A model generated the notes under the pieces. That model worked only from the letters and a program-made list of their open reading frames with translations. It did no database searches and was not told the DNA's origin. Shown here piece by piece: positions 52,847 to 64,000 of a stretch of 64,000 bases of DNA. The stretch's first letter is position 1; each line of letters opens with the position of its first letter. The stretch is from Sphagnum compactum. Its lineage: Eukaryota. The stretch is taken from positions 11,584,213-11,648,212 of the forward strand of contig OZ234493.1 in NCBI GenBank assembly GCA_965153455.1. Reading direction: 5' to 3'. Position numbers and translations under genes: made by a program.

Positions 52847-54435
52847 AATTACATTACAGCTATAAAAATACCCATATGATCTAAGGAATAAATAACAAGT
52901 TGAAAAGTTAATAATAAATGAATGATACATAATTTCATTATATTTTTCAAGATAATGAGTCTAAAAGGATATTATATGCATGTATTTTTTATGCACCCCT
53001 AGGTTTGTCAAGTGATTATTATGACCAAAAAAACTTCTTGATTTTTTATTTTTCATGAAAGTGCAAATCCCAAGGCATGTTTTTAAATTTCCAAGGTGAA
53101 AGAGGTTGTGAAAACTTTAGGAGGGGATGAACACAACTCCTAAGTTATATTCATTAGCATGTAAAATTACAAAAACCAAAAATAGAAGGTAATTAATGTA
53201 GTTTGTAACAAAGTGATTCTCAAACAAATAATGGGCAAATATAAACTCACAAAAAATATTGTGACCTAAGTTGGGATGAATCATCACTTTCCTCCTTATA
53301 CTATTTTGCACCTTGTTGGGGCATTACATTTGAATGACATTTTTTCCCAAGACTCCCAAATGGGAGTCACAAAACTACCAATGTATGCATCCCACCACTT
53401 TGAGGGCTCATCACTTTTTATTTCATGTTTGATTAAAAGATTTTCATGAGGAAATTTTAGCCCATGAAAATAAAAATTCCAACAAAAGCTTTTGATTTGA
53501 AATTGATTTGATCATTTTTCTTATATGAAATTATAGTCATAAGTCATTTGGTATTCTGATTCCTAAACCTATGAATGGACATAAGTTATGTTTCAAATTT
53601 TAGATTTGGGAATGAAACCTCATTTTAAATATCCACTTTCCAAGAACTTTTTGATGGTCCAAGGAAGACCTAGTTTGAGCAAATATTCCAAAGCGCATCA
53701 CAATTTCAATACACCTTAAGGTTTGGGAGTGTTGGGATTCATTCTCTTGCATTCTCCCACACTTTTGGGAATGTGTTTGAGTCCCAATAGAACTTGATTT
53801 ATTTGGCATATTATTTCCCTTGTCATGTCCCAACCTTGATTATGAGCCCAAGGTTATGGTCCCAACATATACCTTGAAATGACACATTGAGTTTTTTGAA
53901 ATTGTCACAGTTTGTCACAAATAATATCCAAATGCATTCACAACATAATGACCTACATTTAACTATAACCATTGCTTAATTTTTATTGTGGTGAAAAATC
54001 ACTCAAGTTGATGTTGAAAGTTTTGAATGAACTTGTATGACAATATTTTTAATGTACTATGGGAACATTTGGACATATTTGAAATGAATATAATGAGCAT
54101 GAAGAACCCAAAATGACTTTTAAAACACTATACCCAATGTCTTTTTATTGTTGAAAGAAAATTTCAAACAATTTGAAATTTACATTTTTATGGGAATTCT
54201 TTTAAAATAAACCTTTACATGGTAGTATTATGCAACATCTTTTTGGGTCATAGGAATCTTACAAATCTTTTTGTTGATTTGTAAATTATGATTTTAAAGA
54301 TATTTAACAAAATATTCCATGGATTAGGATTGTTTTAGGATTCAATTTTTTCCTGCCAAACCCATTTTATTATTATGAATACAACCATCCTAAAGTTTTT
54401 ACTTTAACATAATTAATTATTAACAAAATATCTAA

Positions 54436-55048
54436 GGGCGAATCCATCCTTACCGCTAGGAACGGTATAATTTGGTACAATTTTTTTTTCATGTTTATCC
54501 ATGATTACAAATTGATTTTATATCATGTATATTATGCATTCATGCCCTCTATCACATAAATATGAACAACTTTTGTTAAATGCACATTTTCAAAATCCAT
54601 AATTTTCAGGGTCAAAAACATTTTTGAACCAAATGTGCTCAAATCAATTATAAAAACAATTTTCATCAGTTCAAATCCTTTTGCCCTTCTAATCATCAAT
54701 GTTAAAATCCTCTCCAATTTTCAGAAGGAATGGTGCACATTTGGTAGAAAAAAAAGACATTTAGAAAAAACAAGTTGTTCACTTTCAAAGTTTGAATGTT
54801 TTGAACATGCAAAAACATTTTTGATTTGTGTCAAATTTTGACCATGTAAACTTTGCAATTAATGGAAGGTATTCCAAAAAAAATTATGAATTCAAAATAT
54901 TATGTTTCACTTGTGATCTTTCAAATATACAAAATTGCAATTTTAAGGAATGTCCATTCACTTGGGTGGTTCCTTTGACTATGTTTTTACCCATAGGAAA
55001 ATCGAGGTGTGACATTTTTGGTGGTACCACCCAAGGATGGGTTTGCAC
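54436..55048. mobile_element. Probable second, more decayed element with related TIRs
   Basis: Left end GGGCGAATCCATCCTT; reverse complement of the right end GTGCAAACCCATCCTTGGGTGGTACCAC, similar to the TIR of the 52087 element. No clear TSD. Confidence 0.5.
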
Positions 55049-56479
55049 AAAAGTACTCGTAAAATTAAAATGTTTCTTGAATATCATTACCAATATCACC
55101 ATGGATGAAATTCATTCATGAATGTTCACTTTTCATATGTAATATGGATGAATTCATTTGGTACCGTGCCCACCTTTCATCCATTATATAAGTTCATTCA
55201 CATGAATGAAATTCATCCATCATTGACATTTTCATTCATAATAAAGGAAATTCATTCACCAATGTCTATTTCTTATCCATAATGTGTAATTAAGAAGGTG
55301 CTCATGATGGTTCTTTGGATGGTGGGCCATATTCCAAAACTCTAAATGGAGCTTTTGTGAACTAAGTCCCCAAATGCGTATCAATACAAGTAGTTCCCTT
55401 CCCCCATTGCCTTTAGTGTGTTCAACATCAATATAAAATATAATCTTGCACCATAATATTATTTCTTTCATGTCTATATTTTCATACATTATTAGAATAA
55501 AATTTCATTTAGATTTTTTTATTAATCATGCATCATGTTCTTGTCTTTGATTATCATGTTTCATGGTTAGATTAAGATTTAAATATGCTTTTGCCATAAT
55601 ATGTCCTAGATTCCATTTTCTTTGTAAAAAAATTTACCATTGTGATAGTTTTCATGATTGTGGTAAACTTTATGAAAGTAAAATAAAACTTGAACTCTTG
55701 TGGAATAGTTCAAAACATGTTGGAACAACATGTTCCATCTAGAAAAATATTTGATGTTCATGTACGTGACATTGTTAGCAAAAGTGCTTATTCAAATAAT
55801 TCATTCATCACCGGTGGTAAAACTAATTTTGATCTTCTTTTTAATGTAAAATCATTGAATTGTCTTTCTTGTTTGTTTCCCACGTTGGAATCAATCCATG
55901 ACTTCATTAAAATTGTACCCAAAAAAATGTGTTTGTTTGTGATTTTGTTGCAACTATCAAAATTTCCTAAGGACAATTGTACTTTCATTATTCAAATCCA
56001 AAAATTATGTACACATATGTTAAATATTTCCAAAGAATTTGATGACTTGGTTAAAAGTATAAAATTGTGCATATGAAATGGAAGGTGAGTCCATTGGAAC
56101 TTAATACCCCATGTGTTGGATATTTGTGCTTTGATTCCTCAAGTTACACGTTTAAATTTTGTTGGTGAAAAGGTCCAAGTGAGTTAAGAGATATTTTCCT
56201 ATTGCGAGAGATGCAAAATAAACTTGTTCAAGTTGTAACTTATTGCATTGATGTTTTCCATTCATATGTTTGTTACTAATAATGTGTTGGTGGGCTATAA
56301 ATAATATATTTGCAACAAATTTTTGCAATCATTAATTACAATTCATTTTTACCTGCACCATGGATTAAATTCATTAATATCATTGTACAATTTTAGAAGT
56401 TCTTTCTAGAAATTTCCATCTACAATTTTGCATGTGTGTGTATTGTTGTGTTTTCTTTGATAAAAAGTCTACCCATGTT

Positions 56480-57870
56480 AAGCTACTTCCAGCTATTCTT
56501 ACATTATTTTTCATTGTTATAAGTTATTTCACCCTACATTATTTACGACTATTTATGGCTATTTTTAGTTATTTCACCTTAAGTTACTTTCAATTATTTT
56601 AAATGTTTTTGGTTATTTTAAGATATTTCACCTTAAGTTATTTTCGACTATTGTAAGTTTTTTTTGCTATTGTATGTTATTTTTGGCTATTATAAGTTAT
56701 TTCGCTTTAGGTTATTTACGACTATTATAAGTCTTTTTGTTATTTTGAACTATTTCATTTTAGGTTATTTTCAGCTATGTGAGGCTATTGTTGGTTACTT
56801 TTGGTTATTGAAGGTTATTTCACTTTATGTTATTATTGGTTATTATAGGTTATATTACCATAGGCTATTCGTGACTATTGTTGGTTACTGTATTGGTGGT
56901 TATTGGTGCCCATTCTATTGGTGGCTATTGGTAGCTATTCTATTGGTAGTTATTGGTTACTTTTCTATTGGTGGCTATTAACGACTATTTTATCAATGGC
57001 TATTGGTGGCTATTACTAGTTATTCTACTAATGGCTATTAGTGGTTATTCTATTAATGGTTATAAATGATTATTCTATTACTGACTATTAATAATTATTT
57101 TATTGATGGTTATTAGTGGTTATTATATTAATGGCTACTAGTAATTATTCTATTAATGACTATTAATAATTATTTTATTGATGGCTATTAGTGGTTATTC
57201 TATTAATGGTTATTAGTGGTTATTCTATTAATGACTATTAGTGATTATTCTATTAGTGACTATTAATAATTATTTTACTGGTGGCTATTGGTGGTTATTC
57301 TATTAATCGTTATTCGTGATTATTCTATTGATGACTATTAATAATTATTTTATTAATAACTATTAGTAAAATAAGTTTATTAATGGCTATTGGTAACTAT
57401 TATATTGGTGGTTATTAATGGTTATTCTATTGGTGACTATTTTATTATAAGCTATTATTAGATATTCTAAGCTATATTATCATAGGTTATTAGTTATTTT
57501 ATTGTAGGCTATTTTAAATTATTTTTCATAGGCTATGATTCATCATTCTAGGTTATTTTACCTTAAGCCATTATACTTTATTTTCGATTATTTTAAGTTG
57601 TTATATACTTAAGATAAAATAACTTATAATAACATAAAATAAAATGACCTTGAATAACCTAAAATATAACTTGAAATAATATATATTAACTTAAAATAAA
57701 ATAACTTAAGGTGTAGCCTAAGGTTAAATGAATAATTTAATTCAAAATAACTTAAAGTAAAAAGCCTATAATAACTTAAGATATAAGTTATAATAACTAA
57801 GATAGCATAATATAATATAGGGCATATCATAAAGTAACATAAGGTATTTAAAACAACAACATAAAAATAA
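56480..57870. repeat. Low-complexity GGCTATT/GGTTATT-rich repeat that switches to the complementary motif near 57610
   Basis: Dense TTATT/GGYTATT units up to about 57600, then AATAAC/TAGCC units. Confidence 0.75.
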
Positions 57871-58685
57871 ACCTATTTACCATAATATATTATAATAATG
57901 AATTATGTCAGTTAGAAGTGAAACACGATGTTTACATAGTGATAGTATATTGAAATAACTTTAACCAAGGTGAAATCACTAAAGTGCAGTGAATTTATTT
58001 CACTTTTAAGGTCCCAAAATGATTTAAGCTAATGAACTACACCCCACTTTTGTACTAGTGAAATGTTATTAAATAGACTCTATATTTTCTAAGTTAACAT
58101 GTTGAAGAACAAATTTTAGAATGAAACAATGTTAAAATATGTTTACCATTTGGCAACCATGTAAAACCATGGGATCTAACAACCTAATTACCAACACAGA
58201 AAAAGGTTGTTGGATAGAAAAGAAATAACAAAAAAATGGAAAAGCTTGAGGGTAGCAACTGTTTTTTGTCTACCTATTGTTATGTTGTAGCTACCGTCTT
58301 ACAACAACTATCGTCTTCTGTAGCCCTGAAAAATAGCCACAACCCTTTGCAGATCTCCTACAATTTTGCCTACCATCTGTAGTGCCTGCAAACCCTTTAT
58401 GGCTGCTACTTACCATCTACAACACCTTCAAACCCTTTGTGGTTATTGTTTACCATCTACAGCGCTTGCAAACATTTTGTGGATTTTGTTTATTGTTTAA
58501 AACAATGTTATTTTCCTTGTAGACCTCAAATTTCATGTTACCTTTTTGTTATTACCTTCCAATGGTAGCTACCATCCTGTGGCAAAAGGTATTTTCTATT
58601 CCCTAAAAACTACCACAGAAAGTAGATAGTATTTTTAATCTTATTAAAAAAACACAAACTAATATATGAACACAATAAAACTCTA

Positions 58686-59279
58686 TGTAATACTAATATG
58701 AACCACTCTCTCCTCTCTTTTCTTACTTTAAGTAAAACGAAATACCAACAAAGAGCCATGAAAATCCATCAACCATTTTCCATTACAATGAAAGTACACC
58801 TTGTTTCCATACTCTCTTCCTTGCTATTCAATGTCACACACACACTTCTTCTTTATAAAAAAACTCTCCGAGCCACATCCAACCTAGAATCATACAAAGG
58901 AATGATCCACAATCCTCCTCTTCAAAGGATAAATAAGAAATCCAAGAAGGATTATTCACCACACAAGGGTTGAGTCCTTATTTTCTTAAATTTTCTTATC
59001 CTTCTAAATTTCTTTATCCTAATCCCTTCCACACATCCTAATTAAGGGAAATCCATTCGTCCCTTATCCACTTTGACTAATTAATTTAAATGGCTTCACC
59101 CCTTCATAAATAAATGATGGTAAGTATGACATTTATCACTAGTAATTAAATAATTACTATGATGCCCTTCAAAATAAACTAAACTAGGAGATTATTTTTA
59201 GTAATTAATATTATTTTTATTAGAATTCTTCTTAGAATTAACTCCTAATTATTCTACTCTATGAAGGTAGAACATTATA
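58686..59279. mobile_element. Possible decayed solo LTR
   Basis: Starts TGTAAT and ends ATTATA (a TGTAAT...ATTACA-like pair). It interrupts a CTACCA-rich repeat present on both sides. No convincing 5-bp TSD. Confidence 0.3.
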
Positions 59280-61831
59280 TTCACGATACTACCATAAACA
59301 ACACTTTCATTTGAAAATTCTTTTGAAATTGTTTTGTCATTTGACGGTAACTACCATCCAATGACGGTATTACCATCTCCTAACATCCATAAGACAATTT
59401 TCTACCCTTAATAGACCATCCCCACAATTAAATTTGGGGTAAATATTCAAGTTTCAATGGATTATTTTTGTTTTGGTTGTTTTTTGTGAAAAACAAAAAA
59501 AAATTATTGTGAAAGATTTTGTTGTTTTTATTTGGTCTTACAAATTCAGAATTGGTTAAAAATATTGTTAGGATTTACATCTGAGCAAAATAATTTTTGT
59601 AAGGATTTAAATTTATGGCAAAAGATAATTTCCAAATCAAAATGGTAGAATGGCAACAAACATGAATCACATGGCGACTCAAAGTTTGCAAAGATAAATG
59701 GATCAAGTTGCAATTCAACCGAATGAAGAAGAAAATGTAATAAAAGAAAAATTGTCGTTGTTGAATGATATAATGTAGTTTCACACTCCAAAAAGAGTAC
59801 AATATATTGTGTCAAGAATACTAAGACAAAGGAACAACCTATAGAGTACAACACACCATCTACAATACTTATGGAACCTCGGGAAACATTTATTGGTATA
59901 GCAATGAAGCAACCCAATATCTGAATGAAACTGTCAATGAAGGCAATATTTCTAGACATTGAACCAAAAGGATGGGAAGGTAATGCAAACATGGTTACCT
60001 TTACATATCTACAATGAAGGGTATAGGAAAGAAAAAAAATGAGTCTATCATTTTGAAGACATGGTCATTTGTACAAACCTAAAGAGATACTATATGTCCA
60101 AGAAAAAATGTAGAAAGGGTTAGAGATAATATCCACATATAAATGTTTTGTTTAACAATCTACTTCACCTTAATACTGTCAATTCCATGAGGAGTGGGAT
60201 GAAGACCTGGACAATGATGAAGTTGAACATGCAATACCATAATATGTCAAAAGTACACTAATAAAAGGTTAAGAGGAACATGTTTTTGCAACCAAGGTTG
60301 TCAAAATTGACGTGACACAACCATTTTGAATTGGAGATCATGTTGCCATCGGTGTGATGTGCCGATATGTAGTGATTGAAATTCGGTTGATAATCCTATG
60401 GCAATTGAATCTTATCAATCACCATTTGTGTGGTGATTGAAATTTTTTGGTCGCCAATCTTGTGGCAACATAAAACATTTCGTGGCTAATCGTGTGGTGT
60501 CCAATTTATTTTTTTATCACCATACACATGGCGACTAAAAGCTCTTTCACTCTAGATTTTGGTCATTTGATCCACGATGGATTGATCTCCACCATTGATT
60601 TGGCAACAAAATTTGGTGATGCTTGGTAATAAAAAAACGAACCTTATAATTTCAATTCATTTTTTCCTTTGAGGTGTGTGGGCCTTGTCTTGTTTAATAA
60701 GAAATCACTGCCATATACTTTAGGAGGGAGGGGTGAAATCTCATAGGTGTTTGAATTTCAAATCATCATATTCCATTTATAATTGGTGCTAAATTTCAAT
60801 TGTAGCCTTGAAGGTGGAGTTCGATTTTATTGTTAAATACCCTAATTATATTAATCAAGAATATTGTGAGGTGTTAGTTTATTATAAATTGGTCAACCAA
60901 CCTTGGTAGATGTAGTTTTAGATGAAAGTCCTTTAAGGTGGAACAAAAGCAATTATATTTTTAATATTAAATGAAAAACCCAAATACCTCAACAATTGGG
61001 GAAACTAATTAAAGTTTTGACTATATGTCCCTTTCATTATATCACCTTTTATTTTTTTCATTTGAAAATTTGGCAAGGCATTAGTAAAACTATTTTGAAC
61101 ACATAGAGGGGTGACACAATGTCAAAGGAAGAAAAAGGGTATTTTGTAAGGTGAACAATTTTTTTCAATTCAATCAAGTTCCGAATATCTTAGTGGGGTG
61201 TAGATAATTATATCGAGGCCAATACACATCAAAAGATGCACTTAATTATTATCTATCCATAGCAATTTGTTTTGCACAAAGTGGTGTACGTAGCATAATC
61301 TTTTCATGTGGTGGAAGGAGGGTGTGTTGTATTGGACAAATGCCCTTGCATATATAATATTTATTAAATACCATGAAAACTAGTTACATTCATTCCACCT
61401 TTTGGAATTATGATTTGTTTAAACACTTTCCATTTAAAAGGATGTTATAATCATTTTGAAATTGTTATCTATGGCATTTTTGACTTGAAAAGTTTTAAAA
61501 GACAATTTTTTTAAATCACCCTAAAGGATTTTCACCTTTTTATTGGCAAAAAAAATTAAGTTCAACATGGTGGAAAAGAAAGTGGTGAAAATTGGCTTTA
61601 ACAAGGACCACCAATGCACCAAACCGTTTCAACCATAGATTTAACAACATGGACAACCAAACAAAGTTGTTCCACAAAAATCTAAACAACCTTCGAAAGG
61701 AAATTAAGGTGGCATTGACATCATTCTTTGGACAACAACAATCATATTTGAATTGCTAGACTTGTGAAAGGAATCATTTTGTTCACATAAATGCAAGGGG
61801 ATAAACTTGGGTCCAAGGTGTGCAACTATAA

Positions 61832-63705
61832 TGTGAGCATTGTGGCAAGTTGGGTCATGACATAATACATTGATATTATGTGCATTTCAAGTTCTGACCA
61901 AACTCAAATTGTGGCAATCAAAGTGCCCAAACGGCATGGGAATGGTGTCATCCAAAAAAAAAAAGGTGGCCAAGATCAAAATATAAAACAAAATTTGAAC
62001 CAAGGTCAAATATATGGAGGTCCTATAGAACAAGGTATGGTGAACATGATTGCATAATTGGAACAATGACTTGGAAACCATTGCCATTACTCATGTGTCA
62101 CCAACTCCAAGGCCATTGGTTCCAAATGGAACCCTAATTTGTTTATTAGGTGAATTTGGCAAGATTGGGCTTCATGTGCGAAGTTGCATTACTAAAACCA
62201 ATGCATCTTACAATGACTTTTATTTAATAAGCTATCCAAGTTCATGAACCTTGAGGAACAAATGTGGCATTGGATCCACAAAAGGGAAAAACTAATCAAC
62301 AAGGTCGCCTTTTATAATTACTCACATTAGTAGAAATTATGCCAACCTCTTCCATGCACTAATTTGACCAAATGTGTGTGGATTGGAACAAATTGCGTCC
62401 TTAGCGAGGACATTATGTCTACCTTTGATGCTCATTTCAAAAGCCAAAACTTTCTTGGGAGTGACAATCACAGTTCATCAAGTTTTTTTGTTTTCTCCAA
62501 CCATGATTGCAACATTAAAATTTGGATTCATTGTTGTGTTCAAATTAGTGGCCACACTTTGTGAAAGCAAGGAGAGGTTAGCATCGTTTGTAAAATTGGT
62601 AGATGTTGTGTCACAAGATGAACTTGTGGACATGGGAATTGTTATGACCACTTTTGTTGCACCATTGCAAGCAACAATTGTAAGGTTACAAGAATTGCTT
62701 GCTAGGTTGACAATTGATTGTGTAATGATAACACCAAATTGATCTTATTAAATAATGAACATAAGGTTTTGTGTGTTGACCACTTTATCAACTAACAAAT
62801 ATTGGCCAATGCAAGTTTTGACAGACTCTAAAGTTTAACCATTGATGTTAGGGCAAAGGGGCTATAGTTTGGCTTCATGAACATAGATTTGAAACCTTGT
62901 ACATTTTAAATAAAATTTTCCTTAACTAGATCGCAGAAGGTTTGAAAGATGACACACTAAACATTCAATGTGAGATTACAAGTGGATCATCCCACAAATG
63001 GATCCACCATGAGAGTCAAGGTTGTTGTGATAGATGCCATGCCATATGATGTGTTGATGGGTGGAACAATTTTATTCCCTATGGGTTACACATTAGATTT
63101 TTTGGAAGGAGATTGCTTCTTATAAGTTGGGATGGCAACTAGGAGATAGCATGGGTGCACACTTTCCAATACATTTCATTGGGAAGAAGTTTTGAGCTAA
63201 AGAACACGATGCCAAGTTTGCTTGCATGTTTTGGGATTGTGAATTTTGGTTGAGAACTCATAAAAAACAATGTTTCCTTCAAGGATCATTACCCAATGTT
63301 GGAAGAGGAACGAGGAATGGAAATGTCTCAAACAAATTTGGCATCAATCAAGAGGCACATTAGTGGGGCACTAATGCACATTTGCAACATGTAGCAAAAC
63401 ATCATGCACAACAAGATTGGCAAGAGGCCTTTGCACTATTAAATGCCAACTCTATTATTGCCTTGGCACCATCTCACTTGTCACCATTGCCTACCATTTC
63501 ATTCGTTTAACAACATCTCAAGAAGGGGATCTATGTTTTGGAGTTGAACACTAAATTACCTACAATGTTGCAAGCAAGAATTTCAATTCAAAAATACCTC
63601 TATGTGAAGAATGATGAAGTGGCTAAATATGTTTCATTATATTATGCGGCTTACCTTATTCAACATCCTAACTTACTCCCATTATCAACAATTTAAGGAT
63701 ACTTC
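61832..63705 (+). mobile_element. Fossil LTR-type (Ty3/gypsy-like) retroelement: Gag CCHC knuckle, aspartic protease, then a putative cytosine-methyltransferase N-terminus
   Basis: CEHCGKLGHDIIH* at 61832-61873 (CX2CX4HX4C with the last C mutated to TGA). VLTDSKV*PLMLG at 62815-62853 and YDVLMGG at 63045 (protease D-S-G and DxLxG motifs). GIYVLEL--NTKLPTMLQARISIQKYLYVKNDEVAKYVS...HPNLLPLSTI*GYF at 63526-63705. Many stops and frameshifts. Confidence 0.65.
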
Positions 63706-64000
63706 AATTACGTGTATGCTTGTTTAATAAAATTTATTTTGATGTGTTATTGTAAACAAGTAGGCAACTAGATATGGTAGTGCACGACATATGATTGCAT
63801 GATCATAACACACGCCAAAAAGTCATGCCATGGCCGTGTGCTAAAGCACAATCCTGTCCAAAACATTAAAATACTACACATTGAAATCATTAATTGCATA
63901 GTGAAATTATTGTCTGGCTTGATTAGCTGCATTCACATGTGCACTTTTACATATAGAGCACCTTGACCATTGACCTAGCAAAGGGGGCTATTTAGCACCT

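Noticed and set aside
55690-56400. Possible SWIM/MULE transposase remnant on the minus strand
   Set aside because: Only a vague C..KH-like pattern; too degenerate to support.

Overview
Eukaryotic nuclear DNA from a land plant, most likely a bryophyte. A moss such as Sphagnum is my inference from gene content, GT-AG introns, plastid-derived inserts and repeat style; it is not proven. Positions 1-48 kb are gene-rich. They hold eight apparently intact protein genes, reconstructed by hand from splice sites and frame: SCP2, OCP3, a TIC32-like SDR, PI31, plastid-type MsrA, an F-box gene, the complex I ferredoxin C1-FDX and an IRKI/DUF641-like gene with an internal 8-unit repeat. The same stretch has a tRNA-Glu(CTC), an ATG10 pseudogene, a chimeric plastid insert (trnI-GAU plus rps12), a decayed CRE-like non-LTR retrotransposon and several MITE-like elements. 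Positions 49-64 kb are AT-rich decayed repeats. The most interesting signal is at the far end: a fossil LTR-type retroelement with a Gag CCHC knuckle, an aspartic protease, and then what looks like the N-terminus of a C5 cytosine methyltransferase domain. All homology calls come from recognising motifs by eye; no database searches were run.
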